Assembly: GCA_964595645.1 (NCBI GenBank)
Contig: CAZQQT010000005.1
Span: 96,001-160,000 of the forward strand
DNA: 64,000 bases
Reading direction: 5' to 3'
Source of the DNA: an uncultured Thermococci archaeon
GTDB lineage: Archaea; Methanobacteriota_B; Thermococci; Methanofastidiosales; B48-G16
The notes beneath the pieces were generated by a model. The model saw only the letters and a list, made by a program, of their open reading frames with translations. It had not been told where the DNA came from and did no database searches. Below, piece after piece: positions 9,817 to 20,541 of the stretch. The first letter of the stretch is position 1. Each line of letters begins with the position of its first letter. The position numbers were made by a program, and so were the translations under genes.

Positions 9817-10275
9817 CTAGTATTTCTCTTCTACTTTCTCTGCAAACTCTCGTGCACCTTCTAGATCTTCTTCATTGGGTCTCCCCTTGTGGATTCCCCC
9901 AATAAGGCGGAGAAGGTTACTAGTGTCGTATCCTCGGCAGGAAAATGTCCCAATAACGATGAATCTCTTCTTTTCCAATTTTTTCTGTAACTTCTTACTG
10001 TACGCGTGAAATATTGGAATCTCTGGCAAACCGCTTGTGGAGAAAATAAACGCTTTTTTGGTGTTCATTTCAGATAGATCATCAATAAACTCTAGAATTT
10101 CCCGATGAAACGTTCCGTAGTAGATACCGGACCCAAACCCCACAAGATCGTACTTATCAAGTGACTCCACCTCGTGCGGTTCATAGAGTGGTGCATCGAG
10201 GACATCTGCGATCACTGAAGCAATTTTTTCAGTGTTGTCGTGGTGTACCGATTTGTAGATAACTACTGGCTTCAT
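9817..10275 (-). CDS. Flavodoxin family protein
   Basis: YKSVHHDNTEKIA, GFGSGIY, FSTSG, GRPNEEDL. Confidence 0.88.
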   Translation of the reverse strand: MKPVVIYKSVHHDNTEKIASVIADVLDAPLYEPHEVESLDKYDLVGFGSGIYYGTFHREILEFIDDLSEMNTKKAFIFSTSGLPEIPIFHAYSKKLQKKLEKKRFIVIGTFSCRGYDTSNLLRLIGGIHKGRPNEEDLEGAREFAEKVEEKY

Positions 10276-10312
10276 CAACAAGAAGTATATACATGTACCT
10301 TTTTATAGCATC

Positions 10313-10564
10313 GTGAAAAAATATTTTATGGAGCTTAATAACAGTACTATTTCTGTGATTTCTGTCCTTAGCGGAGTAATACTCATTTTTGTCGTGCCCA
10401 CAGCCCATGAGGGCCCACTGCTTATTTACATCAATGAACGTCATGCCATTCGGCTTGTAGACGCGCTGGGCCTTACACTTGCTGTACCGGGCTGGCTCTA
10501 CATCAACGTTCTTTTATTCCGGCGGTGGAGGAAGAGGCGTTCTCAAGAATATTATTTTAAATGA
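10313..10564 (+). CDS. Small hypothetical membrane protein
   Basis: Two hydrophobic segments flanking EGPLL..HAI..DALG; basic C-terminal tail. Confidence 0.55.
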   Translation: MKKYFMELNNSTISVISVLSGVILIFVVPTAHEGPLLIYINERHAIRLVDALGLTLAVPGWLYINVLLFRRWRKRRSQEYYFK

Positions 10565-10582
10565 GACCTCTATGTATTGTAT

Positions 10583-11620
10583 ATGCATGTACTTATTCTT
10601 GGTGGTGGATTCTGCGGCGCGCGCGTAGCGAAAACACTGGAAAATGACGTCAATGTTACGCTTATTGACAGCAATCCACAGTTTGAGTTCACACCCAGTG
10701 TACTCAAGTGTATTTTCGATCCACAATATTATAAGCAGATCGTTGTACCTTTCCGACAATTTCTGCATTCTACTCGAATAATAACAGACAATATAATCTC
10801 TATTACACCGAATTCGATAAAAACTAAAACAGCATCGTATACCTTTGATTATCTTGTTATTTCTACAGGAATTGAATATCCTATATTTCTTACCAATAAA
10901 AAAGATGTGTATACAGTTACTTCTGTCAACGAGGCACAGAACGTACATTCTGCTGTTCTCAGTGCTGATCGGATACTGGTTGTTGGAGGAGGACTTATTG
11001 GCACAGAACTGGCCGGCGAAATCGTTACAAAAATACCAGAGAAGGAGGTAATTCTCGTGCATTCACATCCTCGATTACTCGAAAGGAACCCTTTCAAAGC
11101 CTCAGCATACGCTCATCGTTTTTTGGAAGAGAGAAGAGTCAAGATAGTGTACAATGAAAAAGTTCGCGGAAATACAAATGGGAGCTATACAACAGACAAA
11201 GGACGGTCTATTGAGGCAGATGTTGGTCTTTGGTGTGCGGGTATTCGGTGGGACACCTCTTTCATGAACCACTTTAAAAGTTCTATTTTTGCAGAAAACG
11301 GTGCACTGCATGTGAATGAACATCTCCAACTAGTAGGATACCCAAATATCTTTGTAGGTGGGGATATCACTGCAATTCCAGAGGAAAAAACGGCACAAAA
11401 TGCTGAACGTCATGCGGATGTCATCGTTGAAAATCTCCGCAGAGCCGTGGAAGGTACTCCACTGTGTGTGTACACACCACGAACAGGACCTTTACTGATT
11501 AGTCTTGGCACATGGAGAGAGATCATGACTATAAAAGACCACGTTATTACAGGGGTAATACCTGGTATTCTCAAGCATCTTGTAGAATGGCGGGTACTGG
11601 GACAATACAGAGGATTCTAA
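10583..11620 (+). CDS. FAD-dependent pyridine nucleotide oxidoreductase (NDH-2/AIF-M2-like)
   Basis: Two Rossmann motifs GGGFCG and GGGLIGTELAGEI; FDYLVISTG; NIFVGGD. Confidence 0.88.
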   Translation: MHVLILGGGFCGARVAKTLENDVNVTLIDSNPQFEFTPSVLKCIFDPQYYKQIVVPFRQFLHSTRIITDNIISITPNSIKTKTASYTFDYLVISTGIEYPIFLTNKKDVYTVTSVNEAQNVHSAVLSADRILVVGGGLIGTELAGEIVTKIPEKEVILVHSHPRLLERNPFKASAYAHRFLEERRVKIVYNEKVRGNTNGSYTTDKGRSIEADVGLWCAGIRWDTSFMNHFKSSIFAENGALHVNEHLQLVGYPNIFVGGDITAIPEEKTAQNAERHADVIVENLRRAVEGTPLCVYTPRTGPLLISLGTWREIMTIKDHVITGVIPGILKHLVEWRVLGQYRGF

Positions 11621-11789
11621 AATAAAAATTGAAAAAAAACAACATGTTTTTATCTTTTACGAGAACACAGTACTGATATCCTGTGTATATATTCTGGAAT
11701 ATGTTTGTTCCATGAATAATTTTAAATAGATAAAATTCATAGTAAGAATAGGTAAAATAGGGTAACAACAAGCGTTCAACGGTGAATAT

Positions 11790-14150
11790 ATGGAAAGTGA
11801 TGCAAAGCCACAGGACACGCCCACGAAGGAATTATCCATTGTTTCAGAGGTAACATCGACACTGAATAGATGTGATACCCCTGAGGAAGTATACCGGGTA
11901 GTAGGCAGGGAAATATACGAGTTGAGTAAGCATTCATATGTAGTAGTGACCTCTCATGAAGGAGAAATGGAGACTATACGAATCAAAGAATATTTTGGAT
12001 TTGAGGGAGTAACAGAGTTATTATTGCGTTTGATTGGGAAAGATCCACGAGAAATGATTTTTTCCCCTGAAGACATGACAAAAGAGGAGTGGCAGATTTT
12101 TACTAGTGGGAAACTGGAATTACTTTCTGGAGGTCTTTACACTCTCATGACACGAAAGATCCCGAGAAGAGTGTGTGATGCCATTGAAGGAATTCTTGGT
12201 ATCGATCGGATCTACACAATGGGATTTAGTTTTAAGCAAATTCCTCACGGTGGTGTTATAATTATGGTAAAAAAGAATGAACAGCTACGTCATGTACACG
12301 TAATAGAAACAATCGTAAGCCACGCCGCCAATGTGATATACCGGAGAAAAACAGAGGAAGAATTAAGGATAACCAAAGAACGATTAGAGCTTGCCTTTAA
12401 AGGAGCAAATGAGGGGCTTTGGGATTGGAATATTACAACAAACGAGGTTTATTTTAGTCCAGAGTGGGCCAAGACGTTGGGATATGAGTCGGAGGAGATT
12501 GAGGGGGTGCTTGAATCATGGAAAGCACGTGTTCACCCAGAGGATATGCCCAGAGTTCAAAGGGCCCTTGATGATCATTTGAATGGGAAAACGCCCTATT
12601 ACAAAACAGAACACAGAATGAAATCAAAATCCGGCGAGTGGATCTGGATCCTCGACACAGGGAAAGTAGTTGAGTGGGACGAAGAAGGAAATCCAGTGCG
12701 GGCTGTTGGAACGCATAAAGATATCACCGCACGAAAAAAGATGGAAAAGGAGCTCCGAGAGAGCGAAGAGAAGTACCGATTACTCGCTGAAAATATGTCC
12801 GATGTAGTATTTATAGAGGACATGGAGTTTAATCTGCAGTATATAAGTCCTTCAGTTTCATCGTTGCTCGGTTATAGTATAGATGAACTCTTACGATTGG
12901 AAAAAAGAGAGTATATGAAACCAGAATCTTTTAAAAAGGCAAAAGAGGGTTTTCGTACCTGTATGGAGCTGGCTAAAAAAGGAGAAAATGAGGAATTTCC
13001 CCTCATGCGGTATGAGTACGTACGGAAGGACGGCTCTACCTTCTGGGGGGAGTTACAAGTAAAATTTCTGCGGGATTCAAAGGGCCATCTTACAGGAGTC
13101 CAGGGATCCCTCAGAGATATTACTGAACGAAAAAAGATAGAAGAGGAACTGCGGGAGAACGAACAGAAGTATCGCTCCATCGTAGAAAATGCTCATAGTG
13201 GAATCCTCATCGTCGATGAAAATTACACATGTACCTATGTGAACGACAAATTGTGTGAAATACTTGGATATTCTCAGAATGAGATCATCGGCCATGATTT
13301 TCGAGATTTCCTTGACGAAGAAAGTACACAGCTCGTAACGGATCGCTACATCCGACGGCAACGAGGAGAAGATGTTCCTTCAAAATACGAGTTCAATGTT
13401 GTCCAGAAGAGCGGTGAGAAAAGACGGGTGGAAATTAGATCCACGGTACTTAAAGATCCAGAGGGAAAACTGAGAACGGTGGCACAGATTCTGGATATCA
13501 CGGAAAGAAAAAAAGCAGAAGAAGCTCTCAAAAAACAGAAAGAAGAACTTTCTGAGTTTGCACATACTGTTTCTCATGATCTGAAGAATTATATCGGAAT
13601 AATCAAAAATAGAGCACAATTTACCCTTATAGAAAAGAATAAAGCTGAAGAAAACGTCAAAAAAATCATCGATACGACAGAAAAAATGGAACATTTTGTG
13701 AAAAAGCAACTCGAGCTTGCCGATGCAGGTAGAGCCATAGGGGAGATGACCTATACCGATCTTGCTACAGTACTTGGAAATGTAGCGGAGAATTATGAGA
13801 TTAAATTAAAACTAGAGGATCTGCCATCGATACGTGGTGATCCGGAGCGCTTAGAAGAGATATTTTCCAATCTCATTGAGAATGCAATTGTTCACGGTGA
13901 AGCAAGTGAAATAGAAATATGTTCGCGGAAAAAGGAAGGTTTTTGTGCAATTACTGTAAAAGACAATGGCAGAGGCATTCCTGAGGAAGAGATTGAGAAG
14001 ATCTTTGATACAGGATATTCAACGAGTGGGACGGGATTTGGTCTTTCTATCGTTCAGAAGATCGTTGAAGCGCACAATGGGAGTATTGTAGTGGATTCTA
14101 AAGAGGAAAAAGGAACAATTTTTGAGATTGTGTTTCCTCAAGAGAAGTAA
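11790..14150 (+). CDS. Cytoplasmic GAF-like / triple PAS sensor histidine kinase
   Basis: Three PAS/PAC units ending DIT.RKK; H-box FAHTVSHDLKN; N-box NLIENA; DNGRGI; GTGFGL; no TM segment. Confidence 0.92.
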   Translation: MESDAKPQDTPTKELSIVSEVTSTLNRCDTPEEVYRVVGREIYELSKHSYVVVTSHEGEMETIRIKEYFGFEGVTELLLRLIGKDPREMIFSPEDMTKEEWQIFTSGKLELLSGGLYTLMTRKIPRRVCDAIEGILGIDRIYTMGFSFKQIPHGGVIIMVKKNEQLRHVHVIETIVSHAANVIYRRKTEEELRITKERLELAFKGANEGLWDWNITTNEVYFSPEWAKTLGYESEEIEGVLESWKARVHPEDMPRVQRALDDHLNGKTPYYKTEHRMKSKSGEWIWILDTGKVVEWDEEGNPVRAVGTHKDITARKKMEKELRESEEKYRLLAENMSDVVFIEDMEFNLQYISPSVSSLLGYSIDELLRLEKREYMKPESFKKAKEGFRTCMELAKKGENEEFPLMRYEYVRKDGSTFWGELQVKFLRDSKGHLTGVQGSLRDITERKKIEEELRENEQKYRSIVENAHSGILIVDENYTCTYVNDKLCEILGYSQNEIIGHDFRDFLDEESTQLVTDRYIRRQRGEDVPSKYEFNVVQKSGEKRRVEIRSTVLKDPEGKLRTVAQILDITERKKAEEALKKQKEELSEFAHTVSHDLKNYIGIIKNRAQFTLIEKNKAEENVKKIIDTTEKMEHFVKKQLELADAGRAIGEMTYTDLATVLGNVAENYEIKLKLEDLPSIRGDPERLEEIFSNLIENAIVHGEASEIEICSRKKEGFCAITVKDNGRGIPEEEIEKIFDTGYSTSGTGFGLSIVQKIVEAHNGSIVVDSKEEKGTIFEIVFPQEK

Positions 14151-14326
14151 AAACTTCTATACATCTTATTTCATTATAATATGATTTTTAGTTCATTTAT
14201 AGTACTTATTTTTTAAATTCTCCCAAAAAATCACAGAAAGATTTAAAAAAATTGTGTATTTTCTTAGGGGGAGCAACGTATGTGATCCCCAATCTTTATA
14301 AACACCTCTCAAGTACACACCTCTCA

Positions 14327-16318
14327 ATGATGCTTATCCTCGCAGAGAAACCAAATGTCGCCAATAAAATAGCACTCTTTTTGGGCGATGCCACCCGAAA
14401 AAAGAACGGTCGTGTCAGCTATTACGTAATAGACGATAAAGACATTGTTGTCGCCTCTGCGGTAGGACATATTTACTCTCTTAGACAGACGAGGGCTGTG
14501 GACACCTATCCATTTTTTGAGTACGATTGGACACCTGTATACGACTACAATAAAAGCTCCAAGTATGTCAAAAAATATGAAACAACACTAAAAAAACTTT
14601 CTAAGGATTGTGATGAGTTTGTCAATGCGTGCGATTACGATACGGAGGGGAGCGTAATAGGATATAACGCACTGCGATTTGCGTGTGGTGCAGATCCCAA
14701 AAAAACAAAGAGAATGAAGTTCTCTACGCTCACAAAAGGAGATATTCAGGAGGCATTTGAGAATCTCCATTCTTTGAATTTTGCAATGGTGGAATCAGGC
14801 CTTACCCGACATGAAATGGATTGGATATGGGGGATAAGCACATCGAAGGCGCTTTCTTCCTCTGTGGAAACAGCGCTCGGACGGTTTGTTATGCTCTCTG
14901 CTGGAAGAGTACAAACACCAACGCTCTATTTTCTTGTCAAGCGGGAAAAGGAGATTGGTGCCTTTGAGCCGGAAACATACTATAAAGCCTATATTTTCTT
15001 TACTAAGGATGAGATCGAAGTAAAGGCGGTCCATTCCGGCAGATTGGAAAAGGATGAAGCCGAAAAAATAGAAAAAGACTGTAAAGGAAAGGATGGTATC
15101 GTCGATAAGGTTACACGGAAAAAAAGAACACGAAAACCCCCAATCCCTATGAATTTAGGGATTTTACAGTCCGAATGTTACAAAAATTTCCGATTTTCTC
15201 CAAAAAAGACCCAAAAAATTGCACAATCCTTGTATGAGTCAGGATTAATTTCGTATCCGCGTACGTCTTCACAACAACTTCCAAAATCCATTGATTTCAA
15301 GGGAATACTTACACGCCTGAAAAAACAGTACCCATTAGTAGGTGATATCCTCAAAAAGAAAAAGCTTGTACCGAGACAGGGAAAAAAGAAGGATCCCGCG
15401 CATCCAGCTATTCATCCTACTGGTGAGCTTGGAAAAATGTCTAAAAATGAAAAAAGAGTATACGATCTCATTGTTCACAGATTCATGTCACATTTTGCCG
15501 ACATTTCAGTCAAGGAAAGAATAAAGGTAGATATAGATGTAAATGGATATATCTTTCTTGCAAGAGGGACACAAACATTGAAACAGGGATGGCTCAAGTA
15601 CTATGGAAGATATACGAAGCAGAAGAAAAGAAAACTTCCAGATCTCAATGAAAATGAAGAAATTCCCATCGATAAACTGGAAATACAGGAGAAACAGACA
15701 CAGCCGCCTCCCAGATACAATCCATCTTCCGTGGTGAAGGAGATGGAGCGACTGGGCATTGGTACCAAGGCTACCAGAGCAAGTATACTCGACACACTCT
15801 ACAATAGGAATTACATCAAGGGAGGGAGGATAGAGGTTACCGAACTTGGGAAGAGAATCATTGGGACCTTGGAGAAGTACTGTGAGGACATTGTTTCTGT
15901 CGAGCTCACAAAGCACTTCGAAGAGGAAATGGAGAAAGTATACGAAGGAGAGACCAAAAGGGAAGAGGTAATTGAGGAAGCACGAACGAAGTTAGTAAAA
16001 ATTTTTAAGAAATTTAGGAAAAAAGAAAATGAGATAGGGAAAGAGATTGCAGATGCTTTTAAGATAACGCAGAGAAATAAACGAATTGTAGGAGAATGTC
16101 CAGAATGTGGTGGAGATTTAAAGATCGTCACCTCAAAGAAAACGGGGAAACGATTTGTTGGATGTTCAAATTATCCAAAATGTAACAATTCTGTCCCCTT
16201 ACCTCAAAAAGGAAAAATTTCCAAAACAAAAAAAGTGTGTGAGTGTGGCTACCCTGTACTGAGGATAGGACGATGGACGTTCTGTATCAACCCGAAATGT
16301 CCAAAAAAAGAAGATTAA
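14327..16318 (+). CDS. topA: DNA topoisomerase IA
   Basis: ILAEKP, Toprim DYDTEG, SAGRVQTP, catalytic ISYPRT, GIGTKATR, C-terminal C4 zinc ribbons. Confidence 0.95.
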   Translation: MMLILAEKPNVANKIALFLGDATRKKNGRVSYYVIDDKDIVVASAVGHIYSLRQTRAVDTYPFFEYDWTPVYDYNKSSKYVKKYETTLKKLSKDCDEFVNACDYDTEGSVIGYNALRFACGADPKKTKRMKFSTLTKGDIQEAFENLHSLNFAMVESGLTRHEMDWIWGISTSKALSSSVETALGRFVMLSAGRVQTPTLYFLVKREKEIGAFEPETYYKAYIFFTKDEIEVKAVHSGRLEKDEAEKIEKDCKGKDGIVDKVTRKKRTRKPPIPMNLGILQSECYKNFRFSPKKTQKIAQSLYESGLISYPRTSSQQLPKSIDFKGILTRLKKQYPLVGDILKKKKLVPRQGKKKDPAHPAIHPTGELGKMSKNEKRVYDLIVHRFMSHFADISVKERIKVDIDVNGYIFLARGTQTLKQGWLKYYGRYTKQKKRKLPDLNENEEIPIDKLEIQEKQTQPPPRYNPSSVVKEMERLGIGTKATRASILDTLYNRNYIKGGRIEVTELGKRIIGTLEKYCEDIVSVELTKHFEEEMEKVYEGETKREEVIEEARTKLVKIFKKFRKKENEIGKEIADAFKITQRNKRIVGECPECGGDLKIVTSKKTGKRFVGCSNYPKCNNSVPLPQKGKISKTKKVCECGYPVLRIGRWTFCINPKCPKKED

Positions 16319-16614
16319 GATTTATACGGAATTCTTCGTATATGACCACACTCAAGACATGTCATGACCTTTTTTTTGTTTCTGAAGCGTATCCGTAGAT
16401 TCTCTCCTGGCTTGAGGAATTTGTGGCAGTTTTTACAGTACATCCTTCTCCATTTTTTTGGGATCTGTACTCTACATCTCATGGAGACTCTCCTCGCTAT
16501 CCTCACGTACCTGTGTGCCAGTTCTGGGCGCTCGTCAAATACCTTTTCAGCTTCTTTGAACAGCCTGTCAATGCTTTTTTTCGCACGTCTCTTGATTCTC
16601 GACTTCCGCTTCAT
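16315..16614 (-). CDS. rnp4: Ribonuclease P protein component 4 (Rpp21)
   Basis: LAHRYV.IAR, CKNC..L.PG.N.RIR, TCLECG..RR.PY. Confidence 0.92.
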   Translation of the reverse strand: MKRKSRIKRRAKKSIDRLFKEAEKVFDERPELAHRYVRIARRVSMRCRVQIPKKWRRMYCKNCHKFLKPGENLRIRFRNKKKVMTCLECGHIRRIPYKS

Positions 16615-16658
16615 TGAGAAGAAAAAGGTTTTAAAAAATAAAAGCCTATGGGAGAAGT

Positions 16659-17543
16659 ATGCAAATGGTAGAATGTGTTCCAAACTTTAGTGAAGGGAAA
16701 GATACTCAAACGATCGATGCTATCCTCGATGCTATCACGAGTGTGGAAGGCGTGAAGATCCTAGACAGTGAACATGATAAGGATCACAACAGAAGTGTCA
16801 TATCGTTTGTGGCGGGTCCAGACGATGCTGTAGAGGCGGCCTTCCGTGGGTGCAAAAAGGCCTCAGAGCTGATAGATCTCAATACGCACGAGGGAGAACA
16901 TCCACGGATGGGCGCCACCGATGTGATTCCGTTTATCCCTGTCTCAGATGTAACGATGAAGGACTGTGTAGCACTTGCCGAAAAACTGGGTGAGCGAATA
17001 TGGAACGAACTGGAAATTCCAGTGTACCTCTACGAACAAGCGGCGAAAACACGGAAACGGAAGAATCTGGCGAATATACGGAAGGGAGAGTTCGAGTGGC
17101 TCAAGGAGAATATCGAGAAACGCCCCCCTGATTTTGGAGATGCAATTCACCCTACCGCCGGTGCTACTGCAGTGGGCGCCCGTGAGTTTCTGATAGCATT
17201 TAATGTGAATCTTGGTACGAATGATCTCGGCGTTGCGAAAAAGATAGCAAAGGCGGTGAGACACTCCAGCGGTGGACTACGATATGTGAAGGCCTTGGGA
17301 TTTGAGATAAAGGAAAGAGACATTGTACAAGTATCGATGAATCTCACAAACTACAAAAAAACACCGATATTCCGGGTCTTTGAGCTAATAAAAAGTGAAG
17401 CGGATCGATATGGTGTTCCTATTATTGGCAGTGAGCTGATAGGACTAGCGCCTATGAACGCATTTGTGGATGTAGCAGAATTCTACCTCAAACTTGAGGA
17501 CTTCAAGAAGGATCAGATATTTGAACGGAGGATATGGGAATGA
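16659..17543 (+). CDS. ftcd: Glutamate formiminotransferase
   Basis: VECVPNFSEG, DHNRSV, H.GEHPRMGATDVIPF, GAREFLIAFNVNL, VQVSMNL. Confidence 0.95.
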   Translation: MQMVECVPNFSEGKDTQTIDAILDAITSVEGVKILDSEHDKDHNRSVISFVAGPDDAVEAAFRGCKKASELIDLNTHEGEHPRMGATDVIPFIPVSDVTMKDCVALAEKLGERIWNELEIPVYLYEQAAKTRKRKNLANIRKGEFEWLKENIEKRPPDFGDAIHPTAGATAVGAREFLIAFNVNLGTNDLGVAKKIAKAVRHSSGGLRYVKALGFEIKERDIVQVSMNLTNYKKTPIFRVFELIKSEADRYGVPIIGSELIGLAPMNAFVDVAEFYLKLEDFKKDQIFERRIWE

Positions 17544-18079
17544 AGGAATTTTTGGACAGACTTGCGTCAAAAAGCTCCGTACCCGGTGGGGGAAGTGTCT
17601 CCGCACTTTCTGGTGCGCTTGCTGCGTCCCTTGGGTTGATGGTGTGCAATCTCTCTGACCTTCCCACTGTACGATTGGAAACACTGAAGGAAGAGCTTGA
17701 AAAGCTCATGAAAGAAGATGAAGAAGCTTTTAAAGAGGTAATGAAAGCATATAAGAAAAAAAACAAAGAAAAAAAGGAAGAAGCACTTAAAGAAGCCAGT
17801 AGGGTACCTTTGAGAACGGCAGAAAAATGTCTCGATGTGCTGAAAGAACTTAAACCGCTCAGCAAGGAAGGAAAAAAATCCGCGATCACTGACGTGGCAG
17901 TAGCCGCTGTGCTTGCGGAGTCTGGTATTCAGGGAGCAATTTTTAACATACGGATCAACCACAAGTATATTAAGGACGAAAAATTTATAAAAGACACCAC
18001 ACGATGGTACGAAGAGATAGTGAAGGAAGGAAAAGACCTCAAAACATATGTACTGTCTATTGTTGAGGAGTCGTTATGA
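17534..18079 (+). CDS. Formiminotetrahydrofolate cyclodeaminase / cyclohydrolase family protein
   Basis: LAS.SSVPGGGSVSAL.GA, D..AF..VM.AY, VPL, SAITD, N..IN. Confidence 0.9.
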   Translation: MGMKEFLDRLASKSSVPGGGSVSALSGALAASLGLMVCNLSDLPTVRLETLKEELEKLMKEDEEAFKEVMKAYKKKNKEKKEEALKEASRVPLRTAEKCLDVLKELKPLSKEGKKSAITDVAVAAVLAESGIQGAIFNIRINHKYIKDEKFIKDTTRWYEEIVKEGKDLKTYVLSIVEESL

Positions 18080-19659
18080 ACGATTACGAGATAGCACAGA
18101 ATGCTGAGATGCAGAGGATAGGTGAGATAGCTGAGAAAGTCGATCTCCCCATTGAACCATTGGGCTCATACAAAGCCAAAATTCCACTCCACAGCAGAAA
18201 TGCCCGGGGGAAGTTAATACTCGTCACCGCGAGCACACCTACAGCCATGGGCGAAGGAAAAACTACTGTGGCTATCGGCCTATCCCAGGCGCTCTGGAAC
18301 GTAGGGAAAAAAAGCATTGTGACAGTACGGGAACCCTCCCTTGGTCCTGTGTTTGGAATAAAAGGAGGTGCATGCGGCGGAGGTTACGCCCAGATCGTTC
18401 CCATGGATGATATCAACCTCCACTTCACTGGTGATATGCACGCAATCACCTCTGCTCACAATTTACTCTCTGCACTTATCTCTAACGATCTCTATCGTGG
18501 CAATACACTGAACCTGAAGACCGTGGAATGGAATAGAGTCATGGATATGAACGATCGTGCCCTTCGGAGAGTGATTGTTGGAATCGATTCGTATATGCAG
18601 GAAGATTCCTTTGCAATTACCGCTGCCTCGGAAATTATGGCGATTCTCTGTCTTTCACAAGATCGTGAGGATTTGAAAAGGAGAATAGCAGATATTATTG
18701 TAGGATACACCTTTGATGAAAAGATCGTGAGAACAGAGGATCTGAATGCGGAAGGGGCAATGGCTATTCTTTTAGAGGATGCAATTAAGCCCAATCTAGT
18801 GCAGACCCTTGAGAACACGCCTGCCATTGTGCATGGCGGCCCTTTTGCAAATATCGCTCATGGCACGAACTCTCTTATCGCCACAAAAATTGCGCTGCAG
18901 CACTCGGAGTACACCGTGACTGAAGCAGGATTTGGATCGGACCTCGGCGCTGAGAAATTCTTCAATATATTCTGTAGGGCTGCAGAAGAGACGGTTGACT
19001 GTATTGTTCTCACCACGACAGTACGTTCTCTCAAAGAGCAGGGAGACACACTGGAAGACGGCTTTGAGAATCTCAAACACCACATAGAGAATATACAGCA
19101 GTTTGGAGTACCATTAGTTGTGGCGATAAATCGGTTTCCAGACGATACGGACGATGAGATCGGACTGATCCGAACATTGTGCGTGAGAGAAGGTGTGGAT
19201 GCTGTTGAATGCAACGTGTATCAGAAAGGAGGCGAAGGGGGAACTGTCCTCGGTGAGAAGGTCATTGAACTCTGCGAAAAAAAGAACGACTTTGAATTTT
19301 TATATGATCCAAAAGAGAGTATTAAGAAAAAAATAGAGAAAATAGCGACGAATGTGTACGGTGCAAGCTCCGTGAGGTATAGGAAGAAGGCGAGGAATAT
19401 GATAAAGACACTCGAGTCACATGGGCTTGATGATAAGATGATCTGCATGGCAAAAACGCAGTACTCCTTCACCGACGATCCAAAAAAACGTGGTGCACCG
19501 ACGGACTTTTCCATCACCGTAAGGGATATGAAGCTCGCCAACGGCGCCGGATTCATCGTTCCTCTCTGCGGAAATATCATGACCATGCCCGGGCTCCCGA
19601 AGAAACCTGCTGCTATGGACATGAGTATTGCCGATGGAAAAATAGAGGGACTTTTCTAA
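18076..19659 (+). CDS. fhs: Formate--tetrahydrofolate ligase
   Basis: GEGKTT, REPSLGP.FG.KGGA.GGGYAQ, LHFTGD, HGGPFANIAHG, TEAGFGSDLGAEKF, TMPGLPK. Confidence 0.96.
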   Translation: MNDYEIAQNAEMQRIGEIAEKVDLPIEPLGSYKAKIPLHSRNARGKLILVTASTPTAMGEGKTTVAIGLSQALWNVGKKSIVTVREPSLGPVFGIKGGACGGGYAQIVPMDDINLHFTGDMHAITSAHNLLSALISNDLYRGNTLNLKTVEWNRVMDMNDRALRRVIVGIDSYMQEDSFAITAASEIMAILCLSQDREDLKRRIADIIVGYTFDEKIVRTEDLNAEGAMAILLEDAIKPNLVQTLENTPAIVHGGPFANIAHGTNSLIATKIALQHSEYTVTEAGFGSDLGAEKFFNIFCRAAEETVDCIVLTTTVRSLKEQGDTLEDGFENLKHHIENIQQFGVPLVVAINRFPDDTDDEIGLIRTLCVREGVDAVECNVYQKGGEGGTVLGEKVIELCEKKNDFEFLYDPKESIKKKIEKIATNVYGASSVRYRKKARNMIKTLESHGLDDKMICMAKTQYSFTDDPKKRGAPTDFSITVRDMKLANGAGFIVPLCGNIMTMPGLPKKPAAMDMSIADGKIEGLF

Positions 19660-19669
19660 CCCTTATTTT

Positions 19670-20200
19670 TTATTTTCCACACCTTGTTTTTTCGTCACAT
19701 GCCCTATTTTCATAGAGGGTCATGCCTCTTACCAGTGTCTTTTCGATTTTTCTCTGTACATTCATCCCGTCAAAAATCGTGACATGGGATTTGTGAACAT
19801 ATCCTCGTTTTTCAGCGTGTATGTCTTTTTCATATCTACAATTACGAGATCGGCATCCTCGCCCACAGAAATGTATCCTTTCTGCGGATAAATACCAAAT
19901 CGTTTTGCAGGTGAGCTAGATGTGACCTCTACAAGTCTTTTCAGCGTTGTTCTCTTCTTGTTTACAGCGTGAAGCATTAGAGGAAGCAGTCTCTACTCCA
20001 AGAGTTCCAGAGCCACACTCGAAGCTGCTGTTGTCGTACCATGTCATGTCTTTCTCTTCTTGAGTGTATGGAGAGTGGTCGCTGGCAACTATATCGATGG
20101 TTCCACTGTTCAAGGCATCCCACGTTGTAGCAACATCCCTCTTTGTTTGTAAGGGCGGATTTACTTTTGCCCACGGGCCGATTTTTTCCCGTAGTGTTTA
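19670..20200 (-). pseudogene. C-terminal remnant of a cyclic amidohydrolase (allantoinase/dihydropyrimidinase/dihydroorotase family)
   Basis: Pieces GPWAKVNPPL..DIVASDHSPY / PAKRFGIYPQKG.I.VG.DADLVIVD / TIFDG..TLVRG, separated by two frameshifts; N-terminal two-thirds absent. Confidence 0.85.
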
Positions 20201-20541
20201 ACTGCACATTGAATGCCACTATTGAAGTGATACCTCTAGAGGCAGTAACTTGTGTTCCAGTAATGAAATCTTCCCTATACGCGTAGGTTAGATCGAGTAT
20301 ATAGGTGTGTACATCTACTCCTCTAGGAATAACTATTTTCTTTGAGGCGTCTATTGTCTTCTCAGCTCGAGAGAGAACATTTTTTTATGAATCCCTACTA
20401 TTTTCCCTTTATCTATATTCAGATCCACCATGATTTCACCTTCTCTTCTCTCTATTCTTCTATTATTAAGATTTTTCATATTACTTTAGAAAAGTATTAT
20501 AATATGCTTGTAGAGAGAACAAATAAGCGAAGAGGGATATC

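Noticed and set aside
12340-13530. Recurrent GATAT(C/T)AC...GAAAAAA segments
   Set aside because: They encode the DITxRKK ends of tandem PAS/PAC domains.
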